A stretch of 64,000 nucleotides of DNA from an uncultured Alphaproteobacteria bacterium. GTDB lineage: Bacteria > Pseudomonadota > Alphaproteobacteria > Rhizobiales > Xanthobacteraceae. The stretch's first letter is position 1, and each line of letters begins with the position of its first letter. The notes beneath the pieces were generated by a model. The model was not told the origin of the DNA. It searched no databases and saw nothing but the letters and a program-made list of their open reading frames with translations. The position numbers and the translations under genes were made by a program. Of this stretch, positions 9,357-19,180 are shown piece after piece. Where the stretch lies: assembly GCA_963816745.1 (NCBI GenBank), contig CAWFLQ010000003.1:304187-368186 (forward strand), in the 5' to 3' direction.

Positions 9357-9659
9357 TGCGACCCCTCCCCGCGGATTCACCGCGGCCTAACGGCGCTCTT
9401 GGACGAGGCCGATGGAGAGCATTCAAAAAATTCTTCGCAAGTATCACTGCACCAGTCGGTCTGAACAACCGCGCAATCCGCGAGCCCGATGTCTTTAAGG
9501 ATCAAAACGCGATCGAAGCGAGCCTATCGAGTCCGCTTGCTCCTGAATGCAACCGTCCGGCGAACATTCGGATCGCCAAGTTCGCGCCAAGAGCGAACAC
9601 TGCCGCTTCCGCCAGTTGCATGATCCGATGTAGCCTAAGGTAGAGTTGCTCAATGGGAC

Positions 9660-10207
9660 GTGCCGCGCTTGCAATTGACCCGCCGCGATCTTGCGAAAAT
9701 TGCCGGGGCGGGAGCCGTCGGAGTGGCGGCGCCGGCCAGCGCGCAGCCGAGCGAGGGCGCCGCCCCCCAGCGCGAATCCGGGCGCGGCTTTCCAAATGGT
9801 TTTCTCTGGGGCACGGCGACCGCCGCCTATCAGATCGAAGGCGCCGTGAACGCCGACGGCCGCGGCCCCTCGATCTGGGACACCTTCGCGCACACTCTGG
9901 GCAAGACCCACAACAACGACACCGGCGACGTCGCCGCCGATCACTATCACCGCTGCCGGACGACATACAGTCGATGAAGGCGCTCGGCATGGCGGCGTAT
10001 CGGTTCTCGATCGCCTGGCCGCGCATCTTTCCGCAAGGTACCGGCGCGCCCAATCCGAAGGGGCTCGACTTCTATAACGCCCTAGTCAACCAGCTCATCG
10101 CCAACGGCATCGAGCCGTTCGCGACGCTCTATCACTGGGACCTGCCGCAGGCCCAGCAGGATCGCGGCGGCTGGGAGACGCGCGACATCGCCAACGCGTT
10201 CGCGGGC
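9660..10207 (+). pseudogene. N-terminal relic (about 180 codons) of a second GH1 beta-glucosidase copy, frameshifted and truncated
   Basis: Near-identical at nucleotide level to 13362-13894 (Tat signal [19 protein letters not shown], then [15 protein letters not shown]). One base is missing near 9951-9964 relative to the full copy, which changes frame. Similarity ends abruptly at about 10205. Confidence 0.8.
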
Positions 10208-10233
10208 TAGTTAGGTTCCCTGGGAGAAACGCC

Positions 10234-11328
10234 ATGTCAGACGTCACCCGTCGTGGTTTGCTCAGCAGCGCGGCAGCCGTCACCGCGACTGCGCTCACAT
10301 CGCCAGTCGAGCAAGTGTCCGCTACCGAAGTCTCGACGCTTAGGCCGGGCGAAGCGGTGATGCTGCTGCCAACCGCCGCGCACCGGAGCGAGGATGGCGC
10401 CCAATGGGTGGTGCCACTCCACGCCTGGGTCTACGTGCCTCAGAACAGCCACCTGCGACGCGGAGCGATCGCCGAGCTCTTGAAACGCCGCTACGGTCTC
10501 GACGTCACGTCGGCGAGCGCTCCGTATTTCGACACTCGGGTGAACCTACTGCTCGCCGACAACAAGGGCGGCCGGACTATCGTTGTCGACGTGGCCGGAG
10601 TACGCGTGACGTTGCCGCCGACGGCCGCCAATGGCCATACCCGGACGCTAGTCCGCATTCCAGTCTCGGCGGCGACACCCGACGGCGCGCGTCTGACAAT
10701 CAATGCAGTGTTGCCGGCGCCTGTGTCGCGTAGAATCGAGACGAGCGCTCATCTGATCGGACCAGCGGGTTTGTCGATAATCTCGGACATCGACGACACC
10801 GTGAAGATCACCCATGTCCTCGACCGCCACCGCATGTGGGAGGCGACGTTCTACAAGCCGTTCGAGGCCGTCGGCGGAATGCCTGCCGCCTATCACCGGC
10901 TCGCAGCCACAGGCGTGGCCTTCCACTACGTCTCGTCGAGCCCATGGCATCTGGCAAAGCCGCTGTTGGATTTCCTGGATGCAAACGGCTTGCCGCTCTC
11001 ATCGATCGCGCTGAAGCAGGTCCGCCTCAAAGATCGCACTAGGCTCGACATCCTCAGGCCCGGCCGCGAGACCAAACCGCCAGAAATCGAAGCCATCCTG
11101 ACAAAGTATCCCGGGCGCCGGTTCATCTTGATCGGCGATAGCGGCGAGGACGATCCGGAAGTCTATGCGGATGCGCTGCATCGCCACCCGAAGCAGATCG
11201 CGCGGATCTACATCCGCAACATCACCGCCGCACGCCGCGACGATGCGCGCTTCGCGAAGGCATTCGCTGGCGTGGAGTCGGCGCAGTGGGTTCTGTTCGA
11301 GGACGCGGAAGAGATCCGGGGGGAGTGA
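10234..11328 (+). CDS. App1-family (DUF2183) phosphatidate-phosphatase-like protein with a Tat-type signal
   Basis: Signal: MSDVTRRGLLSSAAAVTATA. Motifs: ISDIDDTVKITHV and LIGDSGEDDPEVY. Confidence 0.7.
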   Translation: MSDVTRRGLLSSAAAVTATALTSPVEQVSATEVSTLRPGEAVMLLPTAAHRSEDGAQWVVPLHAWVYVPQNSHLRRGAIAELLKRRYGLDVTSASAPYFDTRVNLLLADNKGGRTIVVDVAGVRVTLPPTAANGHTRTLVRIPVSAATPDGARLTINAVLPAPVSRRIETSAHLIGPAGLSIISDIDDTVKITHVLDRHRMWEATFYKPFEAVGGMPAAYHRLAATGVAFHYVSSSPWHLAKPLLDFLDANGLPLSSIALKQVRLKDRTRLDILRPGRETKPPEIEAILTKYPGRRFILIGDSGEDDPEVYADALHRHPKQIARIYIRNITAARRDDARFAKAFAGVESAQWVLFEDAEEIRGE

Positions 11329-11521
11329 AGGTGGGGGAAGCTCGGGTGGAGCGGAGCTGAAAGGCTGGCGACGAGCGCATCGTGTCTGCAATGCATTCAC
11401 GCAACACTCGCGAATCCTAGTGGAATGCGCTTTACGCCCACTGCCGCGCCTGTGGTCTTGCGACAGGCAGCCCCGCAGCTTGGTTTTGTACATCGAGGCG
11501 GTACCACCTCTAGAAATTATC

Positions 11522-11703
11522 GGTGCGCTATGAAGCCCTCGGTCCTGGGGGCGCTCTTGTCAGTACCTGACCCCGGTCCCTCCCCCTGGGAGGACTGTTG
11601 CTGCACACTCCCAGGGGTGACCTGGTCGGCAGTCTGACAGGACCTTGCAATCTCCAAACTCAAGGCCCCGGAGCCCCCCTGATACCCCCCCCCGGGCTTT
11701 TTT
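11522..11703 (+). ncRNA. Candidate structured small RNA with a terminator-like 3' end (family unknown)
   Basis: Located in an intergenic region. CCCCTGGGAG (11583-11592) pairs perfectly with CTCCCAGGGG (11608-11617). Flanking pairings extend this (GGTC/GACC, CTGACC/GGTCGG, CTTGTCAG/CTGACAGG) into a rod of about 85 nt. A CCTTG..CAAGG hairpin follows, then a C-rich imperfect hairpin and T6 at 11698-11703. The overlapping 70-aa ORF does not look coding. Confidence 0.2.
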
Positions 11704-11881
11704 CGGCTTCTCCATGACTGCAAATGTCGGTCGACCAGGCGCTAGGCGGCACCCAGGAACCGCTTGAATGGGCCGGACGCCGTGCCGCTATTGCAACACT
11801 CCTGGAATTTTCGAGCAGCGCCACATTGTGGGGCGGGTTGCTTGATCGAATCCGGAACGCTCAACGAATCGGGGGCTCATC

Positions 11882-12199
11882 ATGACCTTCACTAGCTTGA
11901 GCTTCACTCAACGAACAGCCGCCAGGGAAGGCATCGAAGACGACGAGATCCGCGCGCTCGTTGCCAAGCATCTCGACGTCGATGCCAGGCAAGTCACGAA
12001 TGAGGCGCACCTCAGGGACGACCTGGGGGCCGACTGGCTCAATCGTATGGAATTGCTGATACTGATCGAAGATCAATTTGTCGGTGTGGAAATCACGGAC
12101 GATGATGCCGATCAGATCGAGACCGTTGGCGATCTCATCCGCTACATTGAAGATGTGCGGGTCGGGCCGATGACGGGGCGTCGTCGGGCCTTTGCGTAG
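11882..12199 (+). CDS. Acyl-carrier-protein-like small protein lacking the phosphopantetheine serine
   Basis: The ACP-like helix pattern ..HLRDDLGADWLNRMELLILIEDQF..IETVGDLIRYI has DLGADWL where canonical ACPs have DLGxDSL (TGG versus TCG). Confidence 0.6.
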   Translation: MTFTSLSFTQRTAAREGIEDDEIRALVAKHLDVDARQVTNEAHLRDDLGADWLNRMELLILIEDQFVGVEITDDDADQIETVGDLIRYIEDVRVGPMTGRRRAFA

Positions 12200-12917
12200 T
12201 GACGCACGAACGATCGTCTGCGGCGCCTTCACGCTCGCATGCATCGCCGCGGGCGGAGTGGTCGGCTTGTTGCTCAGGATCGCCCCGTAGTCAGGACCAG
12301 GAGAGGTAGGCTGCTGCCGGCAAGCCCCGGGGCGCCGCAAACGCCCCTGGGGCTCTAACCACGATTGAGGGGGTTATCTTCAATCGTGGGTCCGGAGACT
12401 ACGTCGAGCGGCAGTTTATTTCGGAACCTTCTGAAGGTTGCGCGATTTACGTGGTTGGGGAGTGATGGCGGACCGTTGCGGGTCCCCGCCAGCTTCTCCC
12501 CGGGGATCTCGGACAGATGTAACCCGTTACGCCGGGTTTTCCCCTCCAGGTCACTTTGGCCGCTCGGCAACGGGCGGCTTTTCTTTTTCCGCTGGCCTAC
12601 TTGGCTGCGCGTCCGGCCTGCACGCTTGCGGCCTCGCGCGACGCTCGTTGTCATAGCTGCGCGCCAGAAAGAACCATTGTCCCCCTGTATTCAGCCAAGG
12701 CTCGTCTCCGAGCCCGAGTCTGTTGCCAGCTCGGCGGCATGCGACGGCTTTGGCGAGACAAAACTTGACCCATGAACGCCGCGCGGATACGCGGGCTCCG
12801 GGGCCTGCGCGGCCATGTTGGTCCAATGGCGCCAGCGATGCCATCCGGTGAATTACGTAGGGCCGACGGCCTTCCAGCACCTCAAAGCCCGAACCGGTGA
12901 GGATCGCGAGCCGGTCG

Positions 12918-13181
12918 TCAGGCGGTGCGGGTCCCTCTGACCGCTCTGACGATCCAGATCAGCAAGCACGCGCCGATGAAGCCGGCAATGAGGTAGCCGA
13001 TCCATCCCCCAAGGACGATTCCAAAGAAGTGCAAAATGGCGCTGGCAACCGCCGCCCCGACGATGCCGAGCACGATGTTCATCAGCATCCCCATTTCACT
13101 CTTCATGAATTGCTCTGCCAGCCAGCCTGCAAACCCGCCGATGATGATGGCTGCGATCCAACCTATTCCAGCGTCTCCCAT
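12918..13181 (-). CDS. GlsB/YeaQ/YmgE-family (transglycosylase-associated) small membrane protein
   Basis: 87 aa: GWIAAIIIGGFAGWLAEQFM...MNIVLGIVGA...GGWIGYLIAGFIGACLL. This is typical for the family. Confidence 0.85.
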   Translation of the reverse strand: MGDAGIGWIAAIIIGGFAGWLAEQFMKSEMGMLMNIVLGIVGAAVASAILHFFGIVLGGWIGYLIAGFIGACLLIWIVRAVRGTRTA

Positions 13182-13350
13182 GGCTCATCTCCCAGAAAAG
13201 CGCACCCGATTCGCATTCTGCAACGTGCCAAGGCCGATATGGTTCAGCCGAGTCGCGCAGAGGATCATACCACTACGGCCGGGCGGGGTAGAGCCTGCTT
13301 CTTCGACACAGCATAATAAGATGCGCGCAGCCCAATCGAGGAGCCCACTC

Positions 13351-14805
13351 ATGCCCATGCGATTGACCCGCCGCGATCTAGCGAAGGTTGCCGGTGCGGG
13401 GGCGCTCGGAGTGGCGGCGCCGGCCGGCGCCCAGCCGAGCGAGGGCGCCCTCCCCCAGCGCGAATCCACGCGCGGCTTTCCGAAAGGCTTCCTCTGGGGC
13501 ACGGCGACCGCCGCCTATCAGATCGAAGGCGCCGTGAACGCCGACGGCCGCGGCCCCTCGATCTGGGACACCTTCGCGCACACCCCGGGCAAGACCCACA
13601 ACAACGACACCGGCGACGTCGCCGACGATCACTATCACCGCTACCGGGACGACATACAGTCGATGAAGGCGCTCGGCATGGCGGCGTACCGGTTCTCGAT
13701 CGCCTGGCCGCGCATCTTTCCGCAAGGGACCGGCGCGCCCAATCCGAAGGGGCTCGATTTCTATAATCGCCTCGTCGACGAGCTCATCGCCAACGGCATC
13801 GAGCCGTTCGCGACGCTCTATCACTGGGACCTGCCGCAGGCTCTGCAGGATCGCGGCGGCTGGGAAACGCGCGACACCGCCAGCGCGTTCGCGGACTATG
13901 CCGGCCATGTCGCCGACAAGCTCAGCGACCGGGTGAAGCACTTCTTCACGCTCAACGAGTGCGCGGCCTTCGTCGAGCTGGGCCACGGCAGCGGCGTGCA
14001 TGCGCCGGGCCTCAAGCTGCCGCCCGGCCGGCTGAACCAGGCGCGGCATCACGTGCTGCTCGCCCATGGGCTCGCGGTGCAGGCGATCCGCGCGCGCTCG
14101 CGCGCGGGCACGCAAGTCGGGCCGGCGGAAAACATCAGCGTCGCCATCCCCGCCATCGAGACGCCGGAGCACATCCGCGCCGCCGAGCTCGCCACCCGCG
14201 AGCTCAACGCGCCCTACCTGACCGCGATGCTGGAAGGCCGCTACCTCGACTCGTTCCTGGCGAGCGCCGGCGCCGACGCGCCCAAGGTCGAGGCGCAGGA
14301 CATGCAGGCGATCGGCAGCCCGGTCGATTTCGTCGGCATCAATATCTATGCCCGGCAGCTTACGTGCGGCGCGCTCCGACGCCGCGCCGCGGCTTCGCCT
14401 CGCTGCCCTTCCCGGCGAAGTTTCCGATGATGAATTCGTCCTGGCTGCGCATCGGCGCCCGAAGCGCTCTACTGGGGCCCGCGCAACCTGGCCAAGGTCT
14501 GGAACGTGAAGGACATCTACATCACCGAGAACGGCTGCTCCGCGACCGACGTGCCCGCCGCCGACGGCATCGTCTACGACACCGACCGCATCATGTTCCT
14601 GCGCAACTACCTCACGCACCTGCAGCGCGCGACCGCCGAGGGCGTGCCGGTGCGCGGCTATTTCCATTGGAGCCTGATGGACAATTTCGAATGGGCCGAC
14701 GGCTACGGCACCCGCTTCGGCCTCCTGCACGTGGACTACGCCACGCAGAAGCGCACGCCGAAGCTGAGCGCGGTCCAAGCAGACCAAGCTATCCGACGAC
14801 ATTGA
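13351..14805 (+). pseudogene. GH1 beta-glucosidase with a Tat signal, carrying two compensating frameshifts as sequenced
   Basis: GAGGAG RBS; [27 protein letters not shown]; [15 protein letters not shown]; FFTLNEC (acid/base region). The frame leaves at about 14356-14361, and the alternative frame reads YVRRAPTPRRGFASLPFPAKFPMMNSSWLRIG. The frame returns at about 14453-14460 (..VWNVKDIYITENG, the nucleophile motif). The original frame has a stop at 14428-14430. Confidence 0.8.
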
Positions 14806-14806
14806 A

Positions 14807-16660
14807 GTGAACGTCTTCGTTCTGTTCAACAGCGAGACCGCCAAAACTCCGAGGCTGGTGACGCGCCGCAATGGCCGGGTCGGCTCGGCAACCGTGACTC
14901 TTGCCGAACTCGCCGAGCTCGAACAGACGATCCTTCAATCCAATCAATCGAGCTGGGCGAGACCCTGCGGGTTCCCGATCCGCAGGTCGGCATCGTGACT
15001 CCAGTGAAAGCGCCGGAGCGCCACGCAGCCCTCAACAACGGCAACATCACACGTCGGCGGCAATACCAGGACGCTCGAACAGGTCGGCCAGAACGTCCTG
15101 ATCGGCATCATCGACGTAGGCGGGATCGACTTCGCCCACGAGGATTTCATGGACGATCAGGGAAACTCCCGCATCCTGCGGATCTGGGACCAGGGCGGGG
15201 ACGCGTTCGATCCGCCGCGCCTGACCGTAACCGAGGCCGGGAGCGGCAAGTCGACCGGCTACGGATCCGAGATCACGGCGGAGCATATCGCCTTCGCACT
15301 CAAGGAGGCGGCGGCCGCGCGCGTCTCGCCCTATGACCTCGCCCCGCAGTCGCAAGAAGTCAGGGGTTCGCATGCAACCCATGTGGCAAGCATCGCCGCG
15401 GGCCGTTCGGGAGTTGTGCAAGCGGGCCAGGATCGCGGCCGTGCTGATCGCGCTTCCAGACGACGACGTGGAACGCAGCCGGTCGTTCTACGACACCACC
15501 CGCATCGTCGACGGCCTCGCCTATCTGTTCGCGCTCGCTGAATCCGAGAAGATGGATGCGGTCTCCATCAATATCAGCCTCGGCACCAATGGCGGGGCCC
15601 ATGACGGATCCGAGATGATGTCGCGCTGGATCAACGCCGCGATGAGCAACCCCGGACGCGCAGTGTGCGTGGCTGCCGGGAATTCCGGCCAGGAGGCACC
15701 CGAATTCGAGGGCGATCTCGGCATCTGGTCGGGACGCGTCCACACGCAGCGGGCGCATTCCGGCCGCCGGGTTGCGGCGCGACCTGGAATGGCTGGTGGT
15801 GGGCAATGGCCTGAAGGACGTCTCCGAGAACGAGCTCGAGATCTGGTACGGCGCGGAGGACGAGTTCGACATCGAGCTGTTCACCCCGGGCGGTCAGCGC
15901 ATCGGGCCGATCTCGCCGGGCAAGCGGGTCGAGAACCTGCTGCTTCCGGACCGCACCGTCGTCTCGATCTACAACCAGCTCAGCAATCCGAAGAACGGCG
16001 ACAATCGCATCTGCCGTCTATCTCAGTCCCTCATATGGCCGATCCTATCGTCGGCGTCGCCGCCGGCACCTGGAGGGTGCGTCTGATCGGCAAGGTCGTT
16101 CGCACCGGCGCGTACAATGCGTGGATCGAGCGCGACGATCCCAGACGTGTCGGCGGCCGACCGCAGACCGAGTGGCGATTGCCGTCTTTCTTCGGGGCAG
16201 CCACCTATCGTGGACAACTCGACGCTCAGCTCTCTCGCTTGCGGTCCGCAGGTGATCGGCGTCGCCAATCTCGATGAGGCGCGGGAGCTGCTCAATGTCA
16301 CTTCGAGTCAGGGACCGACTCGCGACGGGCGGCTCAAGCCGGAGATCGCGGCGCCTGGTACCGGCATCATCGCGGCCTGCGGCTTTGATCCGAATACGAA
16401 ATGGATCGAGATGACCGGCACGAGCATGGCGAGTCCCTATGTGACCGGCGTCGCCGGCTTGATGCTGTCGCTCGACGCCGCAGCTGACCGCGGCGCAGAT
16501 CGACGGCATCATCCAGCGCACCTCGCAGCCGCTGCCAGGCAGCAGCTACGAGTGGCACAACGGTACGGGCTTCGGTGTGATCGACCCACTCGCCTGCCTC
16601 AGGGAGGTGGTGCGCATCACCCAGCCGGTCGACGATCTCACGGAGGCGCTGCAGACATGA
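14807..16660 (+). pseudogene. Subtilisin-like S8 serine peptidase with multiple frameshifts
   Basis: The catalytic triad motifs are scattered over different frames. Asp: LIGIIDVGGIDFAHEDF. His: GSHATHVASIAAG. Ser: GTSMASPYVTGVAGLML. At least four frame changes lie between about 15000 and 16500. The C-terminus (..GFGVIDPLACLREV..LQT) ends at TGA 16658-16660. Confidence 0.75.
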
Positions 16661-16977
16661 TCATCGAGATATTTCCGAGCGCCAGCGGAGACTGCGTCCT
16701 CGTCACCTCGAGCGACGACAAGCGCCTGCTCTGCGACGCCGGCCTTCCCGCCGCCTACGAGGACTTCATCGCCGAGCCGCTCGCGGAGCTGCGCAGGCAG
16801 CAAAAGGCGATCGATGTAGCCTATGTGTCGCACATCGACCGCGATCACATCGGCGGCGTCTTGCGTATGCTCGATCACGAGGTGAAGTGGCGCGTGTTCG
16901 AGCACATGCAGAGCAAGGGCAGGACATTCAGGAAAGAATTCTACCGGGAGGTCGCGGCGGGAAATCGAGTGGTTTAG
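16657..16977 (+). pseudogene. N-terminal fragment of an MBL-fold metallo-hydrolase, translationally coupled to the S8 gene
   Basis: ATG 16657 overlaps the S8 stop (ATGA). Sequence: MIIEIFPSASGDCVLV..VAYVSHIDRDHIGGVLRML (HxDxDH-type motif). The ORF stops after about 106 aa, far short of a complete MBL domain. Confidence 0.45.
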
Positions 16978-17050
16978 GGCGTGTGCTCATTAACGAGCAG
17001 GATGTCCGGTGTTGGGGGGTGAAGCGGAAATCTTGTGCTCAGCAAGCCCG

Positions 17051-17827
17051 TCAACTGAAGAAACCATGTCGCAGCAACTCGGCGCCCGCGGCAATGACCG
17101 CGATCAACACCAGCTTCTCGAATATCTCAGGTGCAATTTTATCGCGCATATGTTGTCCGACGTACATGCCGAGCACGACCGGCAACATCGCAGCCGTCGA
17201 GATTGAAACGTCAAGCCAATTGAACTGGCGGCTGGCCGTCAGAAGAATTGCCAGCAAGCCGGCGGAAACGACGAGATACAGCGATGCTGCCTTTGTGAAC
17301 GCCTTTCCGCGCAGTCCCTTTGCAAGCAGAAATATGAAAACAAGCGGTCCCGGCATCGCTGCGATGGCTCCCAGAATCCCGCCGAAAAATCCGAATGTGA
17401 TGCCGGTTGGTAAAACCAGGCGTGACTGAAGCTGCAGCTTCGGCGCGAGCAGCGTGACGCCGCCGACACCCATAACCACCAGGCCTGCGATAATCTCTGC
17501 AACGTTCGCATCGAGCGCCAACAGGACTCGAACTCCAAGGAGGAGACCGGGAATCATGCCGAGAATCACCGGCGTCAATTGCATGAGGCATCGTCCAGTC
17601 TTTCCGCCCTCCAGCGCCTGCGGCACGTTGCTGAAGATCAAAGGCATGCTCAGCAGCATGACCGCTGATTTGATGTCGATGAACAGCGACAGCAGCGGCA
17701 GCGCGACAACTGGCATGCCGACCCCGATTATCCCCTTCAGGAGGCCGGCGACGATCAGGCTGCAAACCACGGCAGCCATGATACTTGCCTGCTCGAAATA
17801 AAGGGTGCGGATCAACATGACGCTCAA
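17051..17827 (-). CDS. TauE/SafE-family sulfite/anion exporter
   Basis: 258-aa polytopic membrane protein: GLLKGIIGVGMPVVALPLL...FGFFGGILGAIAAMPGPLVFIFLL. Confidence 0.85.
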   Translation of the reverse strand: MSVMLIRTLYFEQASIMAAVVCSLIVAGLLKGIIGVGMPVVALPLLSLFIDIKSAVMLLSMPLIFSNVPQALEGGKTGRCLMQLTPVILGMIPGLLLGVRVLLALDANVAEIIAGLVVMGVGGVTLLAPKLQLQSRLVLPTGITFGFFGGILGAIAAMPGPLVFIFLLAKGLRGKAFTKAASLYLVVSAGLLAILLTASRQFNWLDVSISTAAMLPVVLGMYVGQHMRDKIAPEIFEKLVLIAVIAAGAELLRHGFFS

Positions 17828-18097
17828 CTAACTCCTGGAGGATCATATTCCCTGCTCAGGCTTTCGCGCCGGCCTCCGAATCGAACGGAGGCAATCCCGA
17901 TGCATAAGCGGTTTCGCCAGCCACAATCGCTGGATAGATCGAACCCTTGCGGCGTCGTTCGAGCTAAGTCGAAATCGGCTCGACGCGTATAGCAGTGCGC
18001 TTCATTCCGGCCTCCAAGTTGCAGCGCATTCTTGCTGCGAGGTTCGCAATTGTCTCGCGCGAACAGTTCGGCCCATGCCGAACTGTCTTCGACTGAT

Positions 18098-18238
18098 ATG
18101 CTTCCGGTATCAGCGATAGGGTTGAGGATGGTCGCGGTGGCAAATCTGGCGGACGTGGCCGCTCTCGTGGGTGACACTGCGCGAGCGACGATGCTCGCGC
18201 AAATGCTGCAGGTCACCGTTTGGCAGATCGGACCTTGA
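18098..18238 (+). pseudogene. Possible 5' fragment of an ArsR-type HTH regulator, divergent from the TauE gene
   Basis: ..LADVAALVGDTARATMLAQML resembles the start of ArsR/SmtB-type regulators (..GDPARA.ML.AL..). The ORF ends after about 46 codons. Confidence 0.3.
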
Positions 18239-18352
18239 ACGACACAATTTCAGAAATGTGCGGGTGGATGTATCGAACTGACCGCCACGCCACGAAGATT
18301 TCCTCCGGTTTGCGGCCGGATGAGCGGGAGCTTCAAGCGTTCGGCGCGCGAA

Positions 18353-19105
18353 CTAGCCCAGGAGCTCGACACGTCCACTGTCGAGGTTATACACCGCGCC
18401 GACAATGCGGACCCTCTTCTCGGTGACAGCCTTCTCGATAATCGGCGTCGCGTTTTTCAGCTTTTCAACATTGATTGCGACATTCTGCTTGATCGCGTTA
18501 TCGAGCGTATTGCCCGTCTTATCGAGCACCGCCTTGACCGCGGGAGCGAGGGCGGACACGAGCGAAGGAAGATGGCCCGGCAGCGTCGTGCCGTCCTTGA
18601 TCGATTTGATTGCCGCATCGATCGCGCCGCAGGATCTGTGCCCCAGCACCATCAGGAGCGGGGTATTAAGGACTTGAACCGCGTACTCGAAACTCGCGAT
18701 CACATCGTCATTCGAGAAATTGCCGGCCACGCGACACACGAACAAGTCGCCACGGCCGGCGTCGAAGGCATATTCGGGCGCGATGCGAGAATCCGCGCAA
18801 CTCAGTATCCCGGCGTAAGGATTCTGCCCCTTTGTCAGCGCTTCGCGCTCGTGCTTGAAGTCGTGCCGCCTCGAGACGCCCTCGACGTAGCGGCGGTTGC
18901 CAGCCGTCAGGAGCTGCAACGCACCATCGGGCGAGACCTTGTTTTCCGGCTTGGGGGGCGCCTTCTGCGCGAAACCGCTGCCGGGCAACACAAGCCCCGC
19001 GGCCGCAGCACCGGCAAATGTGAGGAAGCGACGTCGGGTGGCAGGCGCTGCCGCATGATCCGCGGACAAATAATCACAGTGCTGGCACATGACGATCTCC
19101 TGCAA
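18353..19105 (-). CDS. Beta-class carbonic anhydrase with a Tat signal
   Basis: TRRRFLTFAGAAAAGLV; SCADSRIAPE; LGHRSCGAI. The last two are the zinc-ligand motifs of beta-CAs. Confidence 0.85.
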   Translation of the reverse strand: MQEIVMCQHCDYLSADHAAAPATRRRFLTFAGAAAAGLVLPGSGFAQKAPPKPENKVSPDGALQLLTAGNRRYVEGVSRRHDFKHEREALTKGQNPYAGILSCADSRIAPEYAFDAGRGDLFVCRVAGNFSNDDVIASFEYAVQVLNTPLLMVLGHRSCGAIDAAIKSIKDGTTLPGHLPSLVSALAPAVKAVLDKTGNTLDNAIKQNVAINVEKLKNATPIIEKAVTEKRVRIVGAVYNLDSGRVELLG

Positions 19106-19180
19106 GCAACGATGGCCGACGGCATTGCAGCGGTTTCATGCCACCTCAACCAACGATTCGGTAGGGGGATCGCTCGGCAT

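Noticed and set aside
7131-9464. 777-aa ORF on the + strand
   Set aside because: It lies entirely antisense to the well-supported cyclase-STAND-TPR gene. It is Arg/Gly-rich with no motifs, a typical shadow ORF of a GC-rich gene.
11425-11637. 70-aa ORF overlapping the candidate sRNA
   Set aside because: It has no RBS and no coding-like third-position bias, and the region is better explained by extensive base pairing.
12355-12900. Possible transposase/integrase-core remnant on the - strand (..PWLNTGGQWFFLARSYDNERRARPQ.., vaguely like the W..YN.ERPH tail of rve transposases), plus a perfect 10-bp hairpin at 12359-12389
   Set aside because: The similarity is limited to a few residues. No DDE motifs or terminal repeats are visible, so I could not support it as a feature. 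It remains a candidate IS scar for a database search.
13378-14871. 497-aa ORF on the - strand
   Set aside because: It is antisense to the GH1 beta-glucosidase. It has low-complexity Arg/Ala/Gly composition and no motifs.
17824-18216. 130-aa ORF on the - strand upstream of the TauE gene
   Set aside because: It has no motifs and poor coding appearance. The opposite strand carries the more plausible ArsR-like fragment.
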